Shown one piece after another: positions 27,071 through 37,176 of a stretch of 64,000 nt of DNA. Each line of letters begins with the position of its first letter. Position 1 is the stretch's first letter. The notes beneath the pieces were generated by a model. It was not told the origin of the DNA, did not search any database, and saw nothing but the letters and a program-made list of their open reading frames with translations. The position numbers and the translations under genes were made by a program. Origin of the DNA: Armatimonadota bacterium (lineage in GTDB: Bacteria > Armatimonadota > UBA10988); the NCBI GenBank assembly GCA_016235455.1, contig JACRKZ010000079.1:8476-72475 (forward strand). Direction: 5' to 3'.

Positions 27071-29623
27071 TCACTCCTTGTCGATCGCGTACCAGATAGT
27101 CTGCTGATCGGGCGACACCGTTACGCCCAACCCGCCGGCGCTGGGCCGCGAGGGCACCACGGCGCCCGGCTGGCCCGCGCCGTCGAGCACGCGCACCCGC
27201 CGCCGCGCCGTGCCCAGCGCCAGATCGAGATCAGCGGTGAGCGGCTCGCAGACCGTCGGGCCAGTGCCCCAGGCGCGGCCCACGCTGGTCAGCGTGTCGT
27301 TCCAGCCCATGCCCGTGTTGCCCACGGCGCCCACCACCACCAGCAGCAGCTTGGCCGACTCGGCCAGCGCCTGGCCATCGAGCGCGGCCAAGGCCACGGT
27401 CGCGAAGTTGCGCTCGGTGGGGTGCAGCGCCACGGTCAGCGGGCCGGCGGTGACCTTGCGCCCGCCGATGCGACCCACCACCGCCGCCACCTGCGGCGTG
27501 TCCACACGGTAGTGTGCCTGCTCGGCGGGGGCCGACTGCCAGACCAGGCTCGTGCTGCCCTGACCAGCCCCGGTGCTCAGTTTCGGCGCGGCATCGCCGT
27601 CGACCAGCGCCACCTCGGCGCGGCCGTCGGCCACCATGGCGCCCGCGGCCAGGCCGGCGGCCTGCCACAGGCTGCCCATGCTGCCGCCCCGCGCCAGGAC
27701 GGCGCGCGACACGGTCAGGCGGTGGACGATGCCCGCCGCGGGCATGGCGCCGGCGCGGAACAGCACCGCCGCGATGGGCATCAAGGCCATCTTGGCGGGG
27801 TTGGTCACGCTCTCGAAGTAGCCACGGATCTTTGGCGGCCCGGCCACGACGGAGTCACCGTAGTCGAACTGGTAGAGCGCGTCCCAGTTCTGCCGACCAG
27901 CCACGGCAGCCAGCAACGGCATGGCCTCGGCGGTGTAGAAGCTTGGTGCCGGATGGTCATACTCGCTCACCGAGTACGGCTTGCCCGCGACGCGGTTGGC
28001 CACCAGGCCACCGAGCGCGCCGCCATCGGCCGCGGCGACAATCGGCGTGTTGGCGATGCTCCAGTCGGCCGAGTCCCACGGCCTGCCGGGGAAGCGCGGA
28101 TGCTGCCAGTAGGCGTGCATGTCGACGTAGTCGGACAGGTCGGCCTCGCGCGCCAGGCCGATGGTGCCGCCGTAGCTGGCCTGGCTGCAGATCACCAGCG
28201 CGCCACAGCCGATGGTCTTCTTGACCAGGTCGCGCAGGCCGACGACATAGTCGCGCTCCGTCTTGGTGACATACGCCGTCCAGTCGGCGGCCTCGCGGGG
28301 CAGCGCCCGGCCGATGGGCAGCGGCAGCGTGTCCAGCGTGGTCCCGGCAGGCAAGTCGGTCGGCACGCCGCGGCGCAGCGACATGCCGGCCAGTTCCACG
28401 GTGCCGACCACGCTGTTGAGCCCGAAGCTCAGTCGCGTGTGCCGCGGCACGACGGTGGTGGCATGCAGGCTGAAGGTGTGCCGCTTCCACTCGGGCGTGA
28501 GGGTGATCGTCGCCGTCTGGCCGATGCCGTGCCAGTCGGCCTGGTCGACGCGGCAGCCGACGTAGATGGGCCGGTTGGCATTGGCGCGACCCCAGAACTC
28601 CACGGTGTAGTCGGCGCCTTCGGTCAGGTCCATGCCGACCTGATGCACCTGGAAGTGCCAGGCCTCGACGCCGGGCCTCGTCAGGTCGGCGCGCAGGGCT
28701 CGGCGGCCGTCGGGACCATCAACCACGGTCAAGCTGGCTTCGGCCGGCTTCGGCGCCTCCAGCACCCAGCCCTTGGTGCCGTCCGCCAGATCGCGATTGG
28801 TCAGCAGTTCGGCGCCCAGCGGCTCCAAGCCGGCGGTCCAGGCACGTCGCGCGGCTTCCAGCGTGCTGTAGCGCTGCTTCACGTACCCACGCCAACCGGC
28901 CTCCAGCGGGTCGAGCAGCGCCGGCGGCAGTTGCAGCAACTGCCCGTTGCCGGCCTGACCGGTGAGGCTGTTCTCGTTGTTCAGCTCCACAAAGGCGATG
29001 GTCGGCTCGGTGGCGTAGGTATTGCCGGTGTACGGGTTGCGGTGGCCGAGGATGAGCCGCGCGTATTCGTGCTGCATGCGGATCAGGTCGGGATGGTAGT
29101 GGTCGACCGTCTTGCCGTAATTGAAAGTCGTGGGCAGCTTGCTCCAGTCGTATCCGGCGTAGTTGCGGCTGACATGGAGGTTCAGGTTGACCCAGATGCC
29201 GCAGCGCCGGAACTCGGAGATGAGGAAGTCGAGCCGGTCCATCTGACCGGGATCGAGCGCCTTCTGCGTCGTGTCGGCCCACAGGCCGCGCGGCGTGGTG
29301 CCGTTGTCCATGTGGTGCAGGCGCACCACGTTCATGCCCAGACGCTTCATGCGCTCGGCGATCTTGGGCGCCAGGTCCTTGCTCGGGAAGGCGGTGGCGA
29401 AGGTCAGGTTGGTGCCCAGCAGGCGCACACGCTGGCCGCGACCGTCGACGAACGTGCCATCGCGCACCACCAGCCGGCCATGGCTGCCACAGGGCTCGGG
29501 GCTCAGGTAGCCCATATCCACGTAGCCGGCCAGGTCGTAGACCGGCGGCATGGCGAACGGGAACGCACCCGCCAAGGGATCGCCGGCTAGTGCCAGCAGG
29601 GCCAGGAGCAGCGTCATCGTCAT
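27071..29623 (-). CDS. Secreted clan GH-A glycoside hydrolase with CBM4-like domain inserted in the catalytic barrel (GH148-like architecture)
   Basis: RLLGTN, GMNVVRLHHMD, NLNLHVSR, HRNPYTG, ELNNEN (acid/base), inserted LLTNRDL...LTEGADYTVEFWGRA...LTPEWKRHTF module, DMHAYWQHP, SVSEYDHP (nucleophile). Start is 29623 or 29617. Confidence 0.75.
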   Translation of the reverse strand: MTMTLLLALLALAGDPLAGAFPFAMPPVYDLAGYVDMGYLSPEPCGSHGRLVVRDGTFVDGRGQRVRLLGTNLTFATAFPSKDLAPKIAERMKRLGMNVVRLHHMDNGTTPRGLWADTTQKALDPGQMDRLDFLISEFRRCGIWVNLNLHVSRNYAGYDWSKLPTTFNYGKTVDHYHPDLIRMQHEYARLILGHRNPYTGNTYATEPTIAFVELNNENSLTGQAGNGQLLQLPPALLDPLEAGWRGYVKQRYSTLEAARRAWTAGLEPLGAELLTNRDLADGTKGWVLEAPKPAEASLTVVDGPDGRRALRADLTRPGVEAWHFQVHQVGMDLTEGADYTVEFWGRANANRPIYVGCRVDQADWHGIGQTATITLTPEWKRHTFSLHATTVVPRHTRLSFGLNSVVGTVELAGMSLRRGVPTDLPAGTTLDTLPLPIGRALPREAADWTAYVTKTERDYVVGLRDLVKKTIGCGALVICSQASYGGTIGLAREADLSDYVDMHAYWQHPRFPGRPWDSADWSIANTPIVAAADGGALGGLVANRVAGKPYSVSEYDHPAPSFYTAEAMPLLAAVAGRQNWDALYQFDYGDSVVAGPPKIRGYFESVTNPAKMALMPIAAVLFRAGAMPAAGIVHRLTVSRAVLARGGSMGSLWQAAGLAAGAMVADGRAEVALVDGDAAPKLSTGAGQGSTSLVWQSAPAEQAHYRVDTPQVAAVVGRIGGRKVTAGPLTVALHPTERNFATVALAALDGQALAESAKLLLVVVGAVGNTGMGWNDTLTSVGRAWGTGPTVCEPLTADLDLALGTARRRVRVLDGAGQPGAVVPSRPSAGGLGVTVSPDQQTIWYAIDKE

Positions 29624-29725
29624 CTCCGCGCACGCGCTGATTGGCGCGCGCGGGTGCGGCACCTCCTGCCCGGCAGGAGTCGTGCGCGCGCGGCGAATCT
29701 GCCGGTGCGCGGGAGGTGCTGCGTG

Positions 29726-31105
29726 ATGCGATGGGCATGGCTGTTGCTGACCACCATGGGCCTGGCCCTGGCCGCCGACGACATCGCCGCGGGCTGGTGG
29801 CAGGGCCAGTTGGCCAAGGAGCTCGGCGGGTTCCGCCTGGCGGTGCACCTGTCACGGGCCGATGGCGGCGCCTGGACCGGCACGCTGGACAGTCCTGACC
29901 AGGGCCTGGCCGGTGTGCCGCTGAGCGAGGTGAGCGTGGTCGACGGCACCTTGCGCTGCGCCATTCGCGGTGCGCAGACCAGCTTCGAGGGCAAACTCGC
30001 CGCCGACGGCCAGACCATCGTGGGCACGCTGACCGCCCGGGGCACGCCGTTGCCGCTGACCTTCGCACGGGCGACGGGCACGTTCGTGGTCAACCGCCCG
30101 CAGGAGCCCCGGCCGCCCTTCCCCTACGACATCCGCGAGGCGCAGGTGGCCAACGCCGACGCCGCGGGCGTGTCGCTGGCCGGCACCCTGACCGTGCCCG
30201 CCGGCGCCGGCCCGTGGCCGGCTGTGGTGCTGGTCTCCGGCTCCGGCCCGAACAACCGCGACGAGGAGGTCTTCGGCCACAGGCCGTTCGCCGTGCTGGC
30301 CGACCACTTGAGTCGCAACGGCGTGGCAGTGCTGCGCTATGACAAGCGCGGCATCGGCGGTTCGAAAGGCGACTACGCGGGGGCCACCACCGCCGATTTC
30401 GCCTCGGATGCCGGGGCCTGCCTGCGCTGGTTGCGGCAGCAGCCCGGCATCGCGGGCGACCGGGTCGGGCTGCTGGGCCACAGCGAAGGCGGCCTGGTGG
30501 TGCCGGTGGTGGCCAACAGAGCGCCGGGCGAGGCGGCCTTCGTGGTGCTGCTGGGCGGACCGGCGGTCACCGGCGCGGACATCCTCACCCGCCAGACCAT
30601 TCTGCTGTCGCGCACACAGGGCGTGGACGACACCGCGCTGGCGGCCATCGAGAAGGCGCATCGGGCGCTGGTCAAGCGTGCTGCCGAGGGCGCGAGCGCC
30701 GAGGAACTGCGGCCGTTGGTCAAGGCCCTGATGGCGGCGCAAGGCAGCCCCGCGGACGACAGGACCGCCGACGCCGTGGCCGGCGGGCTGCTGTCGCCGT
30801 GGATGAAGGGCTTCCTGACCTACGACCCGGCGCCGGCGTTGCGCGGGCTGAAGGTGCCGGTCCTGGCGCTCACGGGCGAGCTCGACCTGCAGGTGGAGCC
30901 CGGTCAGAACCTGCCCGTCATGGTGGCAGCATTCGAGGCCGGTGGCGTGCGCGACTATACGGTGAGCAAGGTGGGCGGCGTCAACCATCTGCTCCAGCCG
31001 GCGCGCACGGGTGGCGTGGACGAGTATGCCAAGGTGGAGATGACCACAGAACCGCGCGTGCTGGCGCAGATCAGCGCGTGGATCCTTAGCCGCACGGCGC
31101 GCTGA
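29726..31105 (+). CDS. Secreted alpha/beta-fold hydrolase
   Basis: Signal peptide; RPQEPRPPFPY, LAGTLTVP, SGSGPNNRDE, LRYDKRG, GHSEGG, GELDLQV, NHLLQ. Confidence 0.88.
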   Translation: MRWAWLLLTTMGLALAADDIAAGWWQGQLAKELGGFRLAVHLSRADGGAWTGTLDSPDQGLAGVPLSEVSVVDGTLRCAIRGAQTSFEGKLAADGQTIVGTLTARGTPLPLTFARATGTFVVNRPQEPRPPFPYDIREAQVANADAAGVSLAGTLTVPAGAGPWPAVVLVSGSGPNNRDEEVFGHRPFAVLADHLSRNGVAVLRYDKRGIGGSKGDYAGATTADFASDAGACLRWLRQQPGIAGDRVGLLGHSEGGLVVPVVANRAPGEAAFVVLLGGPAVTGADILTRQTILLSRTQGVDDTALAAIEKAHRALVKRAAEGASAEELRPLVKALMAAQGSPADDRTADAVAGGLLSPWMKGFLTYDPAPALRGLKVPVLALTGELDLQVEPGQNLPVMVAAFEAGGVRDYTVSKVGGVNHLLQPARTGGVDEYAKVEMTTEPRVLAQISAWILSRTAR

Positions 31106-31140
31106 GGCGGTACACTAGGCGGCGAGGTCAATCCGAGCCA

Positions 31141-32007
31141 ATGAGCCGAGCAGAGCTTGTCAACACGCCCGAGCGCCCCAGCCTCCGCGCCACGCTGGCC
31201 GAGCTGTGGTCGTTCCGCGAGCTGATCATCGAGTTCACTCGGCGCAGCATCATGCTCCGCTACAAGAACAGCGTGCTGGGCATTGCCTGGTCGCTGGTCA
31301 CGCCGCTGATGATGATCCTGATGATCACGGTGATGACCAAGTTCATCTTCCAGCAGCCGATCCCCAACTACTCGGCCTACCTGTTCCCGGTCATGTTTGC
31401 CTGGACGTTCTGCAACAACGCCATCCCGGACATGTGCATCTCGCTGCTGGAGAGCGCGTCCATCGTGCGGCGTTCGTACTTCCCGCGCGAGCTGCTGCCC
31501 ATCGCGACGCTGCTGGCCAGCCTCCTGCATTTCGGCATCTCCATGGGGCTGACCATGGCGTACCTGGTGCTGCTGCACATCTTCCCCTGGCAGGTCAACG
31601 TCAAGGTTCTGCTGGTGCTGCTCATCGTGCCCGCCAACCTGGCCTTTCTGCTGGGCGTGGGGCTGGTCACCTCGGTGCTCAACGTCATCTTCGAGGACAT
31701 CCGCTTCGTGGTGACCGTGGTGCTGCAGCTCATGCTCTACGCCGTGCCGGTGCTCTATCCCATCGAGCGCGTGGCCGCCGCCGCGCCAGACGGCTGGTGG
31801 CTGCGGCTGTACCTGCTCAACCCGTTCGCGTCGTTGCTGGTGCTCTACCAGAAGGCGCTGCTGCCGCCCATCTCGGTCAAGGGCGTCGAGGCGTTGCCCT
31901 GGAGCTGGGGCCTGTTGGCCCAGACCTGGATCATCTCGCTGCTGACCCTGTGGCTCGGGCTGTGGTTCTTCAACCGCCTCAAGTACATTGCCGTGGAGCG
32001 CCTGTGA
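31141..32007 (+). CDS. wzm: ABC-2 polysaccharide exporter permease
   Basis: LRYKNSVLGIAWSLVTPL, YFPRELLP, FEDIRFVV, PVLYP, LNPF. Confidence 0.88.
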   Translation: MSRAELVNTPERPSLRATLAELWSFRELIIEFTRRSIMLRYKNSVLGIAWSLVTPLMMILMITVMTKFIFQQPIPNYSAYLFPVMFAWTFCNNAIPDMCISLLESASIVRRSYFPRELLPIATLLASLLHFGISMGLTMAYLVLLHIFPWQVNVKVLLVLLIVPANLAFLLGVGLVTSVLNVIFEDIRFVVTVVLQLMLYAVPVLYPIERVAAAAPDGWWLRLYLLNPFASLLVLYQKALLPPISVKGVEALPWSWGLLAQTWIISLLTLWLGLWFFNRLKYIAVERL

Positions 32008-32741
32008 TGAGCGAGCCCCTGGCGGTCGAAGTGAAAGCGGTGAGCAAGCGCTTCCGCATCGTGCATCACGCCGGCTCGCTCAAGCGCGCGGCCATCGAAC
32101 TCGTGCGGCGCCGGCCGGCCGTGGAGTTGATGACGGCCGTCGACAACCTGTCGTTCAGCGTGCCACGCGGCCAGACCGTCGGCATCATCGGCTCCAATGG
32201 CAGCGGCAAGAGCACCATGCTCATGCTGCTGGCGGGCATCTACCGGCCCAGCCAGGGCGAGATCGTCGTGCGCGGCCGCATCACCACGCTGCTCGACCTG
32301 TATGCCGGCATGCACCCCGACCTGACCGCCGCCGACAACGCCATCCTGGTCGCCATGACCAACGGCCTGACGCGGCGCCAGGCCATCGACCGGCTGCCGA
32401 CCATTCTGGAGTTCGCCGAACTGCTCGACGTCGCCGACCAGCGCATCCGTCACTTCTCGGCCGGCATGGTGGTGCGGCTCGGCTTCAGTGTCGCCGCCTA
32501 CTGCGACCCCGAGGTGCTGCTGGTGGATGAGGTGCTGGCCGTGGGCGACCAGTCGTTCCAGGCCAAGTGCCGTGGCAAGGTGGCCGAGTTCCAGCGTGAA
32601 GGCCGCACCATCGTCTTCGTCTCCCACGACCTGCCGGCCGTGGCGGCCAGTTGCGAGCGAGTCATCTGGCTCGACCGCAGCCGGCTGCGCATGGACGGAC
32701 CCGCCGCCGAGGTGCTCGCCGCCTACGCCCAGTCCGTCTAG
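32007..32741 (+). CDS. wzt: ABC polysaccharide exporter ATPase without C-terminal carbohydrate-binding domain
   Basis: TGATG overlap; GSNGSGKST, FSAGMVVRLGF, LLVDEVLAVGD, FVSHD; 244 aa. Confidence 0.9.
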   Translation: MSEPLAVEVKAVSKRFRIVHHAGSLKRAAIELVRRRPAVELMTAVDNLSFSVPRGQTVGIIGSNGSGKSTMLMLLAGIYRPSQGEIVVRGRITTLLDLYAGMHPDLTAADNAILVAMTNGLTRRQAIDRLPTILEFAELLDVADQRIRHFSAGMVVRLGFSVAAYCDPEVLLVDEVLAVGDQSFQAKCRGKVAEFQREGRTIVFVSHDLPAVAASCERVIWLDRSRLRMDGPAAEVLAAYAQSV

Positions 32742-33685
32742 CCCGCCGGCCGTCGGAACACGAAGCTGCCAATACCCGAGCGACCGGCCTGGGCCTCGGC
32801 CGCGGCCAGCCTGGCATAGCGGGCCAGAGCCGGCTTGCCCAGCACCCGCGTATAGTCGGTGCCCAGCACCGGCAGACCCCGCTGGAAGCCCTCGCTCTGG
32901 TAGTACTGCCAGGGCCACGCCTCGTCGACCTGCCGTACGCACTCCAGACCGAACGACTGCGCCAGAGCGATCAGCGCCTCGGATCGCGGCACGACATAGT
33001 GCCGCGGCGCATCCAGCCCGAGCCAGCAGTCGCCGAACATCTCCCACGGCGTTGAGGGCAGCTTCGGCAGTTGCAGCAGCGCCACACCGCCGTCACTGAG
33101 CAGGCCGGCGATGGTCCGCATGGCCGCCACCGGGTCGGGCATGTGCTCGAACGAATGCATGGCGAAGACCAGGTCATAGCGCTCGGGCAACGCCGCCATG
33201 TCGCAGCGGTGGATGGGAAAGGGCAGACCGTCGGCCACGGGGCTGTAGAGGTCCTGGCCCTCGATGTGCCGGTAGCCCATCAGGTGCAGCTGCCACAACA
33301 GCAGCGCGCCGCCGCAGCCGATGTCGAGCACGCGCGTGTCGCGGGGCGGCTGGCCGGCCAGCCACAGCGCGTGTCGGGCCAGAGCCACCTGCAGGAATGT
33401 GCTGCTGAACTGCGGCGGCACCCACGACAGCAGGGGCCGCGGCATCCATCGTGCCAGGCCCGCCAGCAGGCGGGCGCGCGGCGAGGCGATCTGGAACGGC
33501 AGGTGGCACGAGTAGCCGGCGCTGTAGTAGGCACCCATGTCGGCCACGTCGTCGATGAGCCACAGACTGCCGCAGCTGCCGCACTCGCCGTAGGAGAACG
33601 AGCTGCCCATCTGCTGGTGGCGCTCCTCGGCGGTGAACACGCGCTTGGGCTGGGATCCGCACATCCGGCACGTTGGCTGAGGCAT
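32738..33685 (-). CDS. Class I SAM-dependent methyltransferase with N-terminal Cys zinc ribbon
   Basis: CRMC...CGSC; VLDIGCGGA; HSFEHMPDP; LDAPRH; GGAG RBS before ATG 33685. Confidence 0.85.
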   Translation of the reverse strand: MPQPTCRMCGSQPKRVFTAEERHQQMGSSFSYGECGSCGSLWLIDDVADMGAYYSAGYSCHLPFQIASPRARLLAGLARWMPRPLLSWVPPQFSSTFLQVALARHALWLAGQPPRDTRVLDIGCGGALLLWQLHLMGYRHIEGQDLYSPVADGLPFPIHRCDMAALPERYDLVFAMHSFEHMPDPVAAMRTIAGLLSDGGVALLQLPKLPSTPWEMFGDCWLGLDAPRHYVVPRSEALIALAQSFGLECVRQVDEAWPWQYYQSEGFQRGLPVLGTDYTRVLGKPALARYARLAAAEAQAGRSGIGSFVFRRPAG

Positions 33686-33738
33686 GATTGCTCCGGGCGA
33701 CGACAGCGAGGGCATCATAGGGTGGCGCCAGACGACCG

Positions 33739-34887
33739 TCAAGCGCCGCGGGTCGCGCCGAGCTGGTCGCGCACGGCGGCCACCACCTGCGCGACGAAGT
33801 GGTCATGGCGGTAGCGTCGCAGGGCGAAGGCCCGCGCGGTGGCGGCCCGCCGCCGCACCTCGTCGGGATCGTTGGCCAGCCGACACAGCAGCCGGCCCAG
33901 TTGCACCGCATCACCATCGTCGAACAGCCAGCCGGAGCGGCCGACCACCTCGGGGATGGCCCCGGTTCGCGAACCGATGACCGGCCGCCCGCAGAGCAGC
34001 GCCTGGGCGAGCACGCGGCCGAACTGCTCGGCCCAGACGGGCGTGGCACGCGAGGGCAGCACCAGGATGTCGGCCGCGGCCATGGCCGCGGACAGGTCGG
34101 CCTGGAGCAACTGGCCGAGCCAGCGCACCCGATCGTCGAGACCCAGGCGTTGGCTCAGTTGGCGCAGCGCGGCCTCATCGGGCCCGGTGCCGGCCACCGC
34201 CAGCCGCACGTCCGCCGGCGCCGCGGCCAGCGCCGAGAGCAGCAGGTCGACGCCCTTTTCCGCCACGAGGCGGCCCGCGTAGAGCAGCGTCAGGCCCGAC
34301 GCCGCCTCAGGCCGCGCGGCCGGCTGGAAGACCGTTTCGTCATCGCCCATGAACGCGACTCGTGCGCGGCCCACGGGCAGGCCCTGGCGCTCCAGCAGGC
34401 GCGCCGCGCCGCTCGACCCGACCAGCGCCGCATCGGCGCGACGCAGCACATGCGCCAGCAGGCGCCCGCGCAGCCGGCCCGGCCACGACGACCAGCGCCT
34501 CGCCACGTTCTCGAACGACCACACGACGACACGCACGCCGGGCAGCAGCAAGCGCGCGACGGCGATGGTCTGCGCGGCGCCCAGTTCGTTGGGCTCGCCG
34601 AGGTAGAAGACGACCTGGGGCCGCACCTCGCGCAGGCGCTTGACGAGCGCCCAGCCGAACAGCGAGTACGGGTAAGGGCGAACCGGCCAGACCCGCGCCG
34701 CGCCGGGGCCGTGGCACTGCACCACGCCGCCGAACTGCCCCAGATCGACGCAGCGCGGCTCGAGGGCCTGGACGTCGAGCCCTGGATCCTGGGCCTGCAT
34801 CGCGTCGGCCAGGGGCTGTACGGCCAACATGCCCACCACCAGCACGCGCGGCCGGCTGGAGTCCTGCCGCTCGGTGACGTCAGTCAT
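33739..34887 (-). CDS. GT4-family glycosyltransferase
   Basis: YAGRLVAEKGV, GTGP, LVLPS...WAEQFGRVLAQA...PVIGSRTGAIPEVV. Confidence 0.88.
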   Translation of the reverse strand: MTDVTERQDSSRPRVLVVGMLAVQPLADAMQAQDPGLDVQALEPRCVDLGQFGGVVQCHGPGAARVWPVRPYPYSLFGWALVKRLREVRPQVVFYLGEPNELGAAQTIAVARLLLPGVRVVVWSFENVARRWSSWPGRLRGRLLAHVLRRADAALVGSSGAARLLERQGLPVGRARVAFMGDDETVFQPAARPEAASGLTLLYAGRLVAEKGVDLLLSALAAAPADVRLAVAGTGPDEAALRQLSQRLGLDDRVRWLGQLLQADLSAAMAAADILVLPSRATPVWAEQFGRVLAQALLCGRPVIGSRTGAIPEVVGRSGWLFDDGDAVQLGRLLCRLANDPDEVRRRAATARAFALRRYRHDHFVAQVVAAVRDQLGATRGA

Positions 34888-35632
34888 CGAACCGCACCGC
34901 CACCACCTCGCCCTCGGCGAGCACGGCCAGCAGACGCGGGTCCGACCACAGCCGCCGATCGCCCTCGCGCTCAGCCGCCACCACCTCGCCCGGATAGCCG
35001 GCATGACCGAGCGCGCGCATCTCCGGACCGTCGCACGCGGGATGGTTGACCATCAGGTACGTGCCCGGATCGGCCGCCGACAGACTGGCCAGCAGCCGGT
35101 CGACGGCATCGCCCTCGCACTCGGCCTGCGGCAACCGCGCGCCGCGCCGGTCGCCGTCGAGCAGGCCGTGCCGGGCTCGCCAGCCGGACATGGCGTCGGC
35201 CAGGCCGTCCACGACCCAGCCGAAGCCCATGTGCTGATCGGCGTAGCGCACGTCGATGCCAAGCTCGCGCAAGCGGCCCAACTGCGCGTCGCACTCGGCG
35301 ATGATCTCGTCGACACGGGGCTGGGCTTCATGCAGCGTCTGGGTCGTCTGGTGGAAGCAGCCATCGGCGTCAACCAGCGAGGGCGCCTCGCGCGCGGGCA
35401 ACACCGGCCCCCAGCGCAGGCTGTCCCACTCGGCGTTGAAGCACAGGTGCACACCGCAGCACAGGCCCTCGATGCCCGCCAACAACGCCGCGGCGGACTC
35501 GATGGCCGGCCCGCAGGCGAGGATGCTCGCGTTGCGCAGACAGCCGCGCGTGGCGGCCTCGTAGACCGCGCGGTTGGCGCTCTCGTTGCAGCCGGCGTCG
35601 TCGCCACGCGTGATCAGGCGGATGCGCGCCAT
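34880..35632 (-). CDS. YdjC/ChbG-family carbohydrate deacetylase
   Basis: ITRGDDAG, GVHLCFNAEW, DQHM, VNHP. Confidence 0.85.
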   Translation of the reverse strand: MARIRLITRGDDAGCNESANRAVYEAATRGCLRNASILACGPAIESAAALLAGIEGLCCGVHLCFNAEWDSLRWGPVLPAREAPSLVDADGCFHQTTQTLHEAQPRVDEIIAECDAQLGRLRELGIDVRYADQHMGFGWVVDGLADAMSGWRARHGLLDGDRRGARLPQAECEGDAVDRLLASLSAADPGTYLMVNHPACDGPEMRALGHAGYPGEVVAAEREGDRRLWSDPRLLAVLAEGEVVAVRFDD

Positions 35633-35634
35633 GC

Positions 35635-37152
35635 TCAGCTCCCGGCGATGAAGCCGCGGATGTCCGCGGCCATCTTCTCCAACTCGGTCTGCTTGACGTA
35701 CATCATGTGCCCGGCCTCGTAGTAAGCCATCTGTACATGGTCGCGCAGGCTCTCATCGCGCGCGAGATGGTCGAAGGTGTACTCGGTGGCGAAGTACGGC
35801 GTGGCCAGGTCATAGTAGCCGTTGGCGCAGAACACGCGCAGGTTGGCGTTGTGCGTCATGGCCTCGCGCAGCGGCTCCGAGACATCGCAGAACTGGTTGG
35901 CCCACTTGTCGTAGCTCCAGCTCATGTACAGCCCGGCCATGATCTGGTAGCGCACGTCGGCTTCGTAGTTCAGCTCGGCGCGCAGGTACTGGTTGAGCGC
36001 GCCGGCGAACGCGCCATGAATGGCCGTGTGGCTCGGGTCGTACTCGTAGCTGTCGCGCACCTGCTCGCGGTCGATGCCGATGTAGCGGCTGTCCAGCCGG
36101 CCCACCGTGCGCCCGCGGCCGCGCAGCAACTCCTTGTTGAACCGGCCCATGCCGATGCGCAACCGGCTGGCCTCGACGTACTCGGGCGACAGGCCGCAAA
36201 ACGCCGCGACACGGTCGCGAATGGCCTCGAACCGCTCGCGCGGCAGGCGGTCGCCCCACATCAGCGCCGGCGCATACTCGTCGTGGGCAAACCGCTCCAC
36301 TTCGTCCAGCAGATTACGCAGCGGCCGCGCCTGCAGCTCGGGTGACAGCGCCTGGTGGTACCAGGCCGTGGCGCAGTAGCTGGGCAGGAACAGCACGTAC
36401 GGCAGGTCGTTGCCCGGCGCGAAGCGGATGGTGGCCATGTTGAGCACCACCGAGACCAGCACCACGCCCGACAGGTACAACCCGTGCTTCTCCTGGAGCA
36501 CCTGCGACAGGCCGGCCGAGCGCAGTGTGCCGTAGCTCTCGCCGCCGACGAATACCGGAGACGCCCAGCGCCGGTGCTCGGTGACAAAGCGAGCGATGAA
36601 GTCGCCCACGGAGTCGAGGTCGCCCTCGACGCTCCAGAACTCCTTGGGCTCCACGCCTTCGGCGGCCTTGGAGTAGCCGGTGCCCACCGGGTCGATGAAC
36701 ACCAGATCGGCCACATCCAGCAGCGTCTGCTCGTTGTCGATCAGCTTCGGCGGCGGCGCCGGCTGCTCGCCGTCTGGTCCGAGCACGACGCGCCGCGGCC
36801 CCCAGGCGCCCAGATGCAGCCACACCGACGACGAGCCGGGGCCGCCGTTGAAGGCGAAGAGAATGGGCCGCGTGCTGACATCGGCCACATCGTCGCGGAG
36901 GTACGCGGTGTAGTAGAGCTTGGCGCGCTCCTTGCCGTCATCGTCGCGCAGCGCCAGCCTGCCGGCGGTAGCGGTGTAGGCCAGGGCCCGGCCGCCGACG
37001 GTGATGGTGTGCTGCGTCTCGACCTTGTCCGGCTTGGCGTCGGCCGGCTTGGCCTCGGCGTCGGGCATGGTCAGCGACACGGTCAGCTTCGGCAGTACGA
37101 TCTCGCCGGTCGCGGCGGGCTTGGTGTCGTTGGGCTTGGTGGGCTCACTCAC
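35635..37152 (-). CDS. Serine carboxypeptidase (peptidase S10)
   Basis: FNGGPGSSS, FIDPVGTGYS, GESYG, GYYDLATP, YEAGHMMY. Confidence 0.93.
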   Translation of the reverse strand: MSEPTKPNDTKPAATGEIVLPKLTVSLTMPDAEAKPADAKPDKVETQHTITVGGRALAYTATAGRLALRDDDGKERAKLYYTAYLRDDVADVSTRPILFAFNGGPGSSSVWLHLGAWGPRRVVLGPDGEQPAPPPKLIDNEQTLLDVADLVFIDPVGTGYSKAAEGVEPKEFWSVEGDLDSVGDFIARFVTEHRRWASPVFVGGESYGTLRSAGLSQVLQEKHGLYLSGVVLVSVVLNMATIRFAPGNDLPYVLFLPSYCATAWYHQALSPELQARPLRNLLDEVERFAHDEYAPALMWGDRLPRERFEAIRDRVAAFCGLSPEYVEASRLRIGMGRFNKELLRGRGRTVGRLDSRYIGIDREQVRDSYEYDPSHTAIHGAFAGALNQYLRAELNYEADVRYQIMAGLYMSWSYDKWANQFCDVSEPLREAMTHNANLRVFCANGYYDLATPYFATEYTFDHLARDESLRDHVQMAYYEAGHMMYVKQTELEKMAADIRGFIAGS

Positions 37153-37176
37153 ACTCAGTCTCCTCTGTATCCCAGG

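Noticed and set aside
31206-32006. N-terminal extension of Wzt, or a Wzm-Wzt fusion
   Set aside because: Out-of-frame overlap with wzm; the TGATG junction at 32005-32009 gives a normal start.
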